From assembly GCF_009914755.1 (NCBI RefSeq), contig NC_060929.1: a stretch of 64,000 nt of DNA; one strand, written 5' to 3'. The translations under genes and the position numbers were made by a program. Position 1 is the first letter of the stretch. Every line of letters starts with the position of its first letter. The stretch comes from the human T2T-CHM13v2.0 reference genome, Homo sapiens. Under the pieces are notes generated by a model. That model did not search any database and was not told where the DNA came from. It saw nothing but the letters and a program-made list of their open reading frames with translations. Shown here piece by piece: positions 51,953 to 64,000 of the stretch.

Positions 51953-52891
51953 TAATTTCTATCTCTTCATTGTTATTTTCTATTTGACGAAACATTCTCA
52001 GACCTTCTTTTAATGCTTTAGATGTGATTTTAGTTCTTTCAACATATTTATAAAAGCTGATTTAAAGTTTCTGTCTACTAGTCCAATATTTGGGCTTCCT
52101 TAAGGACAGTTTCTGTGAACTATTATTTTTCCCTTCTGTATGGACCTTACTTTTCTGGGTTTTTCCCATGTCTCATAATTTTAATTGAAAGGTAGACATT
52201 GTAAAAGATGGATTGTGGCAATTCTGGAAATCAGGTATCTACTCCCTCCAGAGTTTATTGTTGTTGCTGTTAGTTATTGTTCTTTTTCACTACTTGTTTT
52301 GTTCAGTGACTTGTCTGGATTGATTCTGTGAAGTCTGTATTCCTTGTATTTAGCTGCCGATGTTTATCCTTGATTAACTTTGTAGTCAGGTAATGATTGG
52401 ACATAGATTTCCTTAAGTGCCTTAAAACAATAAGTCTTCTACTCTTCACCTAAGGTCTCCATATGTATAGTGGGGCTCCAGTAGTTTATAACCTTGCTTT
52501 AGCCTCACGTCCTGATTGCACAGGGCCTCAGCATCAGCCACAGTTGAAATATAAGGGTGTTCTCAGGTGTTTTTTCTGGACAAGCACATTGTTCTGCCTT
52601 CTGGATTCTCAGGAATATGTTGGATTTTTCAAATCTCTCATGGAGATTTTATTTTCTACATATTCTTTTTAAGTCTTTTGGTCTTCCTCTGTTTGCCACT
52701 ACTGGTATCACTAGCTCAGGAAACTGCAATGTGAAACAATTTCCTCTGATTGTTTTTGAAAAACACTCTGGGGATAGGGCTTTTTTCACTGAGCAAGATC
52801 TGAGACAAGTCAAATAATGACAAGCCCTGCAAATAAAGATTTTCCAGGAATTTCCAGATATGTCAGAAAGTGACAATTCTCTAGGGATGGA

Positions 52892-54500
52892 TTTTTTTCA
52901 ATAGGTATTGTTTTTAGAGCAGTTTTAGGTTCACAGCAAATTTTAGTGGAAGGTACAGAGATTTCCCATAGTCTCCCTGCCCCACACATGCACAGCCTTC
53001 CTCATCGTCAACATCTCCCACCAGAGTAAAAAATTTCTTACAGTTGATGGACCTACACTGACACATGATTATTACCCAGAGTCCTCAGTTTACATTAGTA
53101 TTCCTTCTTTCTATTCTATATTCTATAGATTTGAAGAAGTTTGTAATGACATCTATCCACCATTATAATATCATACAGTATTTTTACTGCCTTAAAATTA
53201 TCCTCTGTTCTCTCTCTATTCATCCCTTTTATCTCCCCAACTCCTGTCAGCCACTGATCTTTTTACTGTCTTCATAGTTTTGCCTTTTCTAGAATGGCAA
53301 TAATTGGAATTATATAGTGTATAGGCTTTTCGGATTGGATTTTTCACACTGTAATATGCATTTAAGCCTCCATGCCTTTTTTGTTTTTGTTTTTGTTTGA
53401 GACAGAGTCTTCCTCTGTTGCCCAGGCTGGAGTGCAGCGGCATGATCTGGGCTCACTGCAACCTCCACCTCCCAGAGCATCCCGGGTTCAAGTGATTCAT
53501 ACATCTCAGCCTCCCAAGCAGCTGCGACTACAGGCATGCACCACCACCCTTGGCTAATTTTTGTGTTTTTAGTAGAGATGGGGTTTCACCATGTTGGCCA
53601 GGCTGATCTCAAACTCCTGGCCTCAAGCAATCCAACTGCCTCAACCTCCTAAAGTGCTGGGATTACAGGCATGTGTCACCATGCCTGGCCTTCCTCCATG
53701 CCTTTTTATGGCTTGATAGTTTATTCTTTTTTGCTCTGAGTAATATTCCATTGCCTGGATGTACCAGTTTATTTAATAATTCACCTGCTGAAGAACATAC
53801 TGGTTGTTTCTAAGTTTTGGCAATCCTGAATAATCTGCTCTAAATTTCTATGTGCAGGTTTTTTGTGTAGACCTAAGTTTTCAACTCATTTGGGTAAATA
53901 CCAAGGAGTAATATTGGTGGATCATGTAATGAAGACATGCTTAGTTTGGTAAGACACAGCTAGACTGTCTTCCAAAGTGGTTCTATCATTTTACATCCCT
54001 ACCAGCTATGAATGAGACTTCTTGTTGCTTCACATCCTCACCAGCATTTGGCATTGTCATTCTTCTGGATTCTGGCCATTCTTATAGATGTGTAGTGGTA
54101 TCTCATTGTTTTAATTTGCACATCCTTCCTGACATATGACATGGAGCACCTTTTCATATGCTTATCTGCTATCTGTATATCTCCTTCAGGAAAATGACTG
54201 TTAAGATCTTTGGTCCATTTTTTAATCAGATTTTTTTATTCTCTTATTGTTGAGTTTTAAGAGTTGTTTGTGTATTTCAGATAACAATCCTTCATCAGAC
54301 TGTCCTTTGCAAATATTTTCTTTCAGTCTATAGCTTATCTTTTCACTCTCTTGACAGTGTCTGTTGCAGAGCAAGGATGTTTAATTTTAATAAAACCCAG
54401 CTTATCAATTCTTTCTTTCATGAACCATGCCTTTGATTTTGTATTTAAAAAGTCATCACTAAACCAAGGTCATCTAGCTTTCCTCCTATGTTATCTTCTA
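52892..54500 (-). mobile_element. L1MC1/2-type 3' end, with an antisense Alu at ~53377-53690
   Basis: TTTTAGAGCAGTTTTAGGTTCACAGCAAA..GTACAGAGATTTCCCATA; Alu TSD CCTCCATGCCTTTT. Confidence 0.85.
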
Positions 54501-54504
54501 GGAA

Positions 54505-54692
54505 CTCCAACTCTGAAATCACTTGGTCTTTCTGGTGACCAGCTCTATCCTGAGACTCTCTAGGTGCCCCACCTCATAGCATAAACTCACATGTGTTAAA
54601 AAGGGCCTCATTAATGATAAAAGGCATTTCTATCACTCAGGAAATTCCAAGAGTTTTAAGAGCTCAGGCCCAAAGCCAGGGACAAAGGCCTG
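54505..54692. mobile_element. MER21-like LTR fragment
   Basis: GGTCTTTCTGGTGACCAGC and ATCACTCAGGAAATTCCAAG..GCCAGGGACAAAGGCC. Confidence 0.6.
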
Positions 54693-54734
54693 AGCCCTTA
54701 AAACCCTTGGCATTTATAGTTTGGAGGCACAGGA

Positions 54735-55152
54735 AAGTCAGTAATCGCGTCCCAATCTGAACCCAAAGCCCTGAGAATCAGAGGAGTCAACACTGTACAA
54801 CCCAGTTTAACTCTGAAGGCCTGAAAACTAGGGGGTACAGGAAGGAGGATGGAGATGGTGTAAGTCTAGATTCAAGTCTGAAGGTCTGAGAACCAGGGCA
54901 GAAAAAGATGGTGTCAGCTCAAGCAGAGAGATAAAATTCATCCATCCTCTGCCTTTTTGTTCAATTCAGGCCTCAATTGATTGGGTGATGCCCAACCACA
55001 TTGGTGAGAGCAATCTTCTTTACTCAGTCTATGGATTTAAATGCTAATCTCTTCCAGAAACATCCTCATAGAGACACCCAGAAATAATGTTTTACCAGCT
55101 ATCTGGGCATCCCTTAGTCCAGTCCAAGTGACACATAATATTAACCATCACA
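54735..55152 (-). mobile_element. MLT2-type (ERVL) LTR
   Basis: Ends CAAGTGACACATAATATTAACCATCACA (minus strand TGTGATGGTTAAT). Confidence 0.8.
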
Positions 55153-56089
55153 ACCAGCAATCTGCTTAATGCTTCTGATGACTCTTCAGTTAGATCACCT
55201 GACATGAATTGCATTCTCACAGGCCACAGAGAAAAGATTTTTACCATGGTGGGTGGAAGGTTTGTTGAACTCCATGGCAAGGATTGTGTCATTATGGCAT
55301 TCTGCCTTCTGTGCTGGTCAGGGCTGATGCAGTATCTCCTCCTGGTTCCTTATGTTGCTCATAGGAGCAACCTAAAAGTTCCTTGACTCATGTCTTAGGA
55401 AAGGAGCCTCTCTTCTCCTTCCCCTCAACTCATCTCTGTAACCAATGAAGTACAAAAGGCCACTGGATCTATTTAGCACCCATGCTCCCTCAGAAGTTAC
55501 TCTTTGGCAGGGCTCACATGGATGCAGTTTGCTGGTGAACAGGTAGAGGTTGCCATTAACATAGACCCACTCACTGTCTGTGTGCACTGTGGCTTAAACC
55601 TCAGATGTCACCACTGCATTCCTGGACTAAGGCTTCCTCAGCACCTGCCTGGATATGTTAGACAGTCTGGAAACATTGGGAAGTTGATATTTAGTGGAGC
55701 AGACTTCAACAAAAGGGAGACATGAACTGTTAGATAATTTTTTCTCTATTTTAAATGACCTTGTTGAAGACATCTCACAAGACCAATCTGCTACACTTAC
55801 TGAAAAGCTGAGACTAGCTAATTAATGCATACCCTGTTATTTCTTCCCCTTCTTTTCCTTTCTTACTTTATTTTTCCCTCACTACTGTGTTCCTGGGATT
55901 GCACCATAAAAAATATATGTAAAACATAAACTTCTGCTTTGAACCCAGTTTTCTAGGGACCCCAAACAAGGATATTGTGATTTTTCTGCACATACCTATA
56001 AAATGATTTTTCTTTTCAACTGAGTACATGAATAATGTTGATAAAAATAAAATATGGGTTTTTTAAAAAAAGATGGAAAGGAGTAAAAA

Positions 56090-56830
56090 AAGATACTAAA
56101 GAATGTCCTACATCTAAATGAGAAAGTATGCTGAGAAAGAGGAAATCTAATCCAAAAAAACATAGGATTCATCAGAAGGGTGACAAAGTTTTGGAATGAT
56201 ACCTAAGGCATAATCTAGAGGAGAGAGAGAGAGAGAGATAGAGAGAGCGAAGGCTTGCATGAAAAAGGGCCAGAACAAAATGAAATGGATAAATTTTCTG
56301 ATGTCTGTTATTTTGAAAAATAAAGTCCAGAGGGTTTAACCATGTAGCTTTTAGAATGTTTGGGAAGAATTAGCTATATGTACATAGAGAACCAAACAAA
56401 TGTTGAAAAGAAGCAGTTATTAATTTCGGTAAAAGCAAATGGTGTTCATAAAGGAAAAGTAATCAGAACACAATGTAGCTTAACAGTACATAAGATTACA
56501 TAATTACAGTAAATTGAACACTGAATGTGGATTAACCAAAAGTTGTGAAAATGTAATGGGCAATGAGCAGAAGGGACCTGATGGAAGAGAGCTAAGTCCT
56601 CATCTGCCGTCACAGGAAGTCAATGGATAATGTCTAGTATGAATAAATGAAAAAAACTGCCACAAAAGCATATTATTTAGAAATATACATTAAAGCCATA
56701 AGAAACAATTCAATGAATTGAAAATAGTTGCCACTAGGACAAAGGACTTATGGTAATCATGGACCTGCTGCTTTTCATTTTAAGTATTATAGTTAGACTG
56801 ATTTTTTTCCCAGTCATCTAATTTATTTAT
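56090..56830 (+). mobile_element. HAL1 3' fragment with (GA)n at ~56218-56250
   Basis: Similar to 49750-50050 (GTTATTAATTTC..CATAAAGGAAAAGTAATC). Confidence 0.55.
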
Positions 56831-56849
56831 ACCATTTTTCTTTCTTAAA

Positions 56850-57770
<921 letters not shown>

Positions 57771-59161
57771 ATTGACTTTTAAATTATGTAAATGTATTAC
57801 TTTCATTAAAACTAATGAAAATATGTTGGAGTTTTTCAGATGCTTTATTTCTGAACTACATGGTATACTCCTAGAACTGTGGACAGCAGCATGCAAAAGT
57901 GTAAGACAAGTAGCCAACAAAGAGTCGTAGTGAGCATGGTGGGGCATGTACCCAGGGAGAAGCAGAGCAGCCAATGGGATGTCAGTATGAGCTGGATGCA
58001 AACCATTATCAGGCTCAAGAGTAGCTATGGATTAGAGGTGCTTGGGTGGATTAGACATTGATGGATTGTGTCCAAGGGCCCAGACAGAGAAGTGAGATAG
58101 ACCAAGATGCCACAAAACACCAAATTAGATTGGGCAGAGATAGTTCCTAGGCAAAAGTTTTGAGTATAAGAAAGTTGGAGATCTAACTAGATAAGGAAAT
58201 TAACAGTGAGTCAAGAATTTAGGCAAGAATCTGAATAATAAGATTAGAACACTCCTGAGGGGAAAAAAAAAGTTACTATTCTAAAGACATTTTGACTCAG
58301 GTCAGAAACTATTTCTGAACATAGAAACCAGTCTCCTGTATTACCTACACTGAGGCTTTCAGCTGGAGTCCTTGAGGTGAGACTGGATCCCTTGGCTGGA
58401 GTAGAGAGTGTGGAAGCAGAATTCCTGATGTAGTATAAATCATATTTTGGTGATGTATGTCATAAAGGTTCAATAAAATGACACAGTTAACATTTTATGT
58501 GTTTGATAAATTGAAGCTGGTATTCCTTCCATCTCCAGAAGTGTATAAGCCACTATTTTGAGCCAGAAGGAATAAAAAATCCCATTTTCTTCTGGGATAT
58601 TTTTCTAGAACTGATGGCCTCTACAACAATAATCAAAATTGCTTTCCTACATAGTTTGATAAGGGACAGTGAAGGGTGGCAGTGCTTGCTGCCAGACCTT
58701 TGTCTAATCAAAATTGCCCCTTCTGTGCTCAAATGTCATTCCTATGCAGAAGGAAAGAAATAATCCCCATGTGATGTCCCCTTCCTCACCCCTAGTCCAT
58801 TTACTCACAGAAGTCAGAAACGGTTTCTCAGGCCAGTTGTCCATCTTCACAGGGGAAAAGGTTGGCTCTTAATTTAATTAAAAAATTAAATAGTTACCCT
58901 TAATTAGACTCTCAATTGTCTCAGAACTCTATGAGGGATCAGGGTTATGAGGTAAAGAGAGCCCAGAGCCTGCCCTCAGAAGTTCACATTCTAATGAGGA
59001 ATTCAGGCAGGAACACAACCCTGTTCCCCAATGTGATCAGCCCTCTCAGTCCTCTGATTGGGATAATCACATGACATTATGAAATCCCTCAGAGGAGTAT
59101 CTAACGCAATAGATACTCCTAGAAGAGTTATCTAACCCAAGACTTGCTGGAGTAATGATAT

Positions 59162-60388
59162 TGTGAAAGAAACACAAATCTGCTTAGATAAGAAGAGATT
59201 TTATTCAAAAGAGTTATTGCAATATGGGAAAGGGGACTATTGCAATAGGGAGAGTGCTTTGACTGTAAGATCTGCAAACACTTAAAAGGTCATGCAGAAA
59301 GGAATTTTTCTTTTACAGGAAGGTAGAAAAAGGCTAGAAGGAATCAGGTATGGGGGAGTGGGATGAGCAGGTGGCATAATCAGACAGTTGATCGGGAAAT
59401 GTCTTTTCTTATATCTGCTGATTATCTGGAAAGGCTGCTCAGGAGGGACTGTTCTGTGTTCCAATACTCAAAAATGGGGCAAAGTTCAGGAGTTTGGGGG
59501 TGGGAGAGAAGCCTGACATTTTGGTCAAGTTCAGTATTTTGTCCAGATTGGTCAATGTAGACAGCTTAGGTAATTATTATGAGGCAAAAAATGAGAATTG
59601 GAGGGTCTGTGGCAGGTCTTGTCATAGGTAAACAAGAAGGACCTCAGTGAGTTGTTTTTTTTTTATACTTCAAGTTCTAGGGTACATATACACAACGTGC
59701 AGGTTTGTTACATATGTATACATGTGCCATGTTGGTGTGCTGCACCCATTAACTCGTCATTTACATTAGGTATATCTCCTAATGCTATCCCTCCCCGCTC
59801 CCCCCACCCCACAACAGGCCCTGGTGTGTGATGTTCTCCTTCCTGTGTCCAAGTGTTCTCATTGTTCAATTCTCACCTATGAGTGAGAACATGCGGTGTT
59901 TGGTTTTTTGTCTTTTTGATAGTTTGCTGAGAATGCTGGTTTCCAGCTTCATCCGTGTCCCTACAAAGGACATGAACTCATCCTCTTTTATGGCTGCATA
60001 GTATTCCATGGTGTATATGTGCCACATTTTCTTAATCCAGTCTATCATTGATGGACATTTGGGTTGGTTCCAAGTCTTTGCTATTGTGAATAGTGCCGCA
60101 GTAAACATACGTGTGCATGTGTCTTTATAGCAGCATGGTTTATAATCCTTTGAGTATATACCCAGTAATAGGATGGCTGGGTCAAATGGTATTTCTAGTT
60201 CTAGATCCCTCATTGTGGTTTTGATTTGCATTTCTCTGATGGCCAGTGATGATGAGCATGTTAGGCTGTTTCTTTGCAGTAAGCCTTGTCCTGGAACACA
60301 AAAGTATGCTCAGGGGGTGAGGGAGTATTAATTATCTGTTGTAGCTATTTCCCAATAGCTCAGAGATAGGGAAAGTTCCATATTGTCA
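59162..60388 (-). mobile_element. MER67-like ERV1 solo LTR interrupted by L1PA5
   Basis: Minus strand TGACAAT...TTTCACA termini, AATAAA near the 3' end, 4-bp TSD ATAT on both sides. Confidence 0.75.
59655..60259 (-). mobile_element. L1PA5-like 3' fragment with a 153-bp internal deletion
   Basis: T tail at 59655 and 3'UTR; ORF reads MQIKTTMR|[10 protein letters not shown]. Confidence 0.93.
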
Positions 60389-61569
60389 ATATCTAAAATG
60401 CTATTAAGCAAATCAGGGATAAGATAAACAGCCACGGGATAGGACAAATATCCATGAGGTAGGATAAACAGGGCAAAATCGAGAAACATGAGGAATTGGT
60501 GCAGTTGATCTCAGAAGTAGGAGACTGTTAGCAGGCTAATGCAGCAATTTAGAAAGAAACGTTCACTTGAATCAAGGAGCGGTAGTCAAACACCCAGCTC
60601 AGTGTTGTCCTGTGAGATGGAGTTAAGCTGTCGTAAAGGGAAACCTAGGCAAAAAGTGAGCCATAAAACTACTGAAGAGGCTTACTTCAGTTGAGAAAGC
60701 AGTGAAAGCAGTAATCAGATCAAGAAATTGGGCACTCAGTTTGATCTGTGACAAGATATCAGATCTTGATATCCAAAAGGCCAAGAAGCGAGACCACATG
60801 AAGCAGACATATTTTAAGACAATTAGAGGACTATGACTGCACTGTGATGTCATACTTCACAATCATGTTCATATTGTTACTATCAATAGCTTTAAATTAG
60901 GGAACGCATTCTTATAACCAGTCACATTTAAAGAATTAACAAAGTATACTCAGCACTAATCCAGAGCTTTAAGTACATAACTGGTAGAGATCAAATATCT
61001 CCCTGACAAATTTCTTCTTTACATACAATTTGATAGTTTTCTCAATACTGCCATTCTCATCCTCAGACACAATTTTTAGAGAAATTTTTCTAAATATTGC
61101 ATCCAAGATATGAGCTTCCATCTTCCTTAAAGTACCACAAAATCAAGACTATGTTTTTTCAAAACAAGTAAAATAGATTTTTGTCAATATCTGTTTGACA
61201 TAGTTAATGTCAACAAGTATTAATATTAAACCAGTAGGTTTTTTTTTGTTTTTTTTTTTTTACTGTTTACAATAATGAAATTAACTGGGAAACCGTCATC
61301 TCTCTTACCATTGAATAGATTTTGCAAATGTTATAGCTGCTAAGATTAAACTTTCTTAATAGACTTTCTCTCTTCCATCCATCTATCCAATAGTTATTGA
61401 GTAACTGTGATGTGCCAGGAAATATGCTAGGTTTCAGGAATATAAAAATGAGTAAGTCGAGACTCTATATTCAAATATTTCACAAAAATGAAAAAGAGAA
61501 GCATCCACATAGTTGTAATATATTGTGTATGTATTATGCACTAAATTAAAAACCATGATGTGAGCCCTT

Positions 61570-61752
61570 TCATTATCTAAAGTCAGATTCCACTGTGGCT
61601 TGTTTTTGCACAGCTGGGGAGCTAAGAATGTTCATTGCATTTTTAAGGGCTTTTTAAAAAAACAAAGAAGGTAAGACAGACACCTTATGTGGCCTGCAGA
61701 AGAGAAGATATTTACCAGCTGCTTCTTTCAGAAAAAATTTGCTTATTCCTGG
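61570..61752. mobile_element. MER58-type hAT-Charlie relic (MER5-like relic follows to ~61925)
   Basis: GAGCTAAGAATG..CATTTTTAAGGG..AAACAAAGAAG..TATGTGGCCTGCA..AAAAATTTGC. Confidence 0.6.
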
Positions 61753-63162
61753 ACTAGACCAGTAATTCTTAAATGAGTGTGTCCCTCAAAATCATTTGTT
61801 CACTTCATTTGTTATTTTAAATACACATGCTAGGTGAGATCCTGGAGTTTTTTTTGTTTTTGTTTTTGTTTTTTTTGCCAGATTTGGGTGCTTCTCATGG
61901 GTACTGTGGTTGAGAAGCTCTGCTTTACACACTTTCCCTTAGTTCTCAGAACACTTATCTGGGTTTATAGAGACTTTTAGCAAAGACTTTCTTCATTAAT
62001 ACAGCTTACCCTGTATATCACAGAATATTCCTCTCACCCTATTTCATGTGCCTTAGGATAGTCCCCTTACCTCTTTTATAATAACATGGTAAATTAATAT
62101 AGTTAGCTCTTTGAAAGGCATAAAACATTCATATCTGTTATATAATTTGATCCTAATAATAATAGGTCCTAGAATTACTACCTTACAGATAAAGAAACTA
62201 AAGTTCAGAGAAGTCAAGCAGCTCAAGGTCACATGGAGCTTCTAACACCGACTCCATTGTTCTTTCTCGACACTGTCTCCAACTTACTTTATCTGATTCT
62301 CCATTGAAAAAGACTACAGTCTATTCTTACTACCCGGTAGCAAAATTTCATTACATTCCATAAATCTGTTAGCTAAAGAATGTAATTCCTGTTTAACTTG
62401 AGAGCCTGTATGTCTTAAGGCAGACTTGTGTTACAATAATTCCTCTAATTTGCAAGCGCTTTTTCACATATATTATGTACTTGAAATAAACTAGACGCTA
62501 ACTCCTACTCAGGTATAAATGGAGAAAAAAGTATCTCTCCAGAGCATTATTCAACATAAAGCTCATGAAATAATTTGCAGAGGCACAAGGTTCATCCTGC
62601 CTAAGCAAATTAAACAATTTTGTTAACCCTGATGTCTTTTGTTAGAAGTGAAATGTATGATAACTGTGTTGGCTCTGTACTACACGGCACCCAGAAGCCT
62701 TTGTTTGCTCTCAGCTAGAGCTATTTATACCCCAGGATATTGATATTCTGCTACTTAATCAAAAAGTACAACTAAAAATAAATATAAATGTCACATTCTT
62801 TTGAGTATGCAAAGAGAAAACAAAGGAAAAATAACAATCAAAGAATTATTTATAAACATTTTGAATATATTCTTCATTTTTTCCAAAAGTCTTTAATTTT
62901 TGACCAATCATTATATTCAGAAGATGTAAGAGGCGATAAAACTTGAACACATTCCTTATTAGATTGTATATTTGTCCAGTTTCACTTAAAAGTAAATTTG
63001 GATATTATTGATGGCGGGATTGAAGGAATAACATATTTTTCCCTGTATTGGCATATCTTGGGAAGATATTTGATGTTGCTGCCTAGGAAGTGTCATGATA
63101 TTCATGTTTCTGTCCAAAGATGGGTGGAGGAATCATCTAGGAATAAATTTGGAGATGCATGT

Positions 63163-63713
63163 CGTTAGGGAAGCAGGAGCTTAGGAAAGCTGAAGTAATG
63201 CCATTTTAAGTAAAACCCCATCTTAAAACTAGCAAGGCACATTCCTTGCCAGTTACAACCCATGGTCCTAAGATGTTTATAGCTAAGGAAGCAGCTTAGT
63301 AATGCTTGCAAGGACAAGCTCCTACAACAGAAAGTCCAGATGTTCCAATACCCATGACAATATATGCTTTCAAGATAATTATAGTTATGCTTTGATGTCC
63401 TTACACACTAAAATGTCAAGGATAGTTTTCTTTAAATCAATAGAATAATAAATTTTGTCATGCTGTCAGCCCACCCGCACGTAGGCACAGCTTAGTTTAG
63501 TCTTTACATTTTTCTTTTTTATATAAGAACAACTTAAAACAAAGGCAGTGCATTCCTCCCCTTGCTTTTCTAAAGATGTCCTCCTCTGTAACAGACTAGC
63601 TCTCAATAAACTATCTCTTCCCGCTAAACTCTGGGACTCCTTGAATTCCTTTCTGTGTGAGATCCAAGAACCCTCTCTTGGGGTCTGGATCAATACCCCC
63701 TTTTCTGGTAACA
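63163..63713 (+). mobile_element. MER41-family ERV1 solo LTR
   Basis: (T>C)GTTAGGGAAGCAGGAGC ... GAGATCCAAGAACCCTCTCTTGGGGTCTGGATC..GGTAACA; TATAAG and AATAAA present; 4-bp TSD ATGT. Confidence 0.85.
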
Positions 63714-63827
63714 ATGTCAAAGGACACAGTGGAAAGACAATTTTGGAATGTCATTGTGTGCAGAAAAAGAAGGTAGCTGGCCAGAGGATTGCTTTATTTA
63801 AAAAAAAAAAAAAGAAAGAAAAAGAAG

Positions 63828-64000
63828 AAAAAATAGACTATTTTTAGAGCTATATGAAGTTTACAGAAAGATTGTAAACGAATTACACTCCTTCCCCCAT
63901 GCTCTCCCCACCCCCAAACTGTTTTCCTCTTATTAACATCTTGCATTGGTGTAGTACCCTTATTACTACCAATGGACCAATATTGATACATCATTGGGTA
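63828..64000 (-). mobile_element. L1MC/MD-type 3'UTR end (runs off the window)
   Basis: AATAGACTATTTTTAGAGC..TTATTAACATCTTGCATTGGTGTAGTAC. Confidence 0.7.

Noticed and set aside
60200-60220. L1PA5 internal deletion as a spliced-out intron
   Set aside because: The 3' side resembles an acceptor (TTCCTCAG) but the 5' side lacks GT; microhomology explains it

Overview
Primate (most likely human or great-ape) genomic DNA, AT-rich and dominated by transposable elements. It contains no intact protein-coding gene, and nearly every ORF in the supplied track is an L1 ORF1/ORF2 fragment or an Alu read-through. Main architecture: (1) two 5'-intact but 3'-truncated primate L1s (L1PA6-like on +, L1PA4-like on -) fused tail-to-tail at 7502/7503, forming a ~3.7 kb-arm inverted repeat; (2) a ~14 kb nested stack at 29.3-43.2 kb, in which an old L1M hosts Alus, an L1MA2/3 and a twin-primed L1PA3 inside an Alu monomer; (3) a second 5'-inverted L1PA6 with ~1.75 kb missing; (4) solo ERV LTRs (MER4-, MER67- and MER41-like), HAL1, L2, MIR and DNA-transposon relics; (5) a 33-nt U2 retrocopy. 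The most interesting, tentative signal lies in the unique DNA. Four closely spaced minus-strand exon-like segments at 0.6-2.3 kb carry degraded FN3-type motifs, and a plus-strand exon-like segment at 44 kb carries a signal-peptide-like and a sushi/CCP-like motif. These may be relics of one cell-surface-protein gene split by an inversion at the L1-L1 junction. Subfamily names come from recalled diagnostic motifs rather than a database search, and the boundaries of old repeats are approximate.
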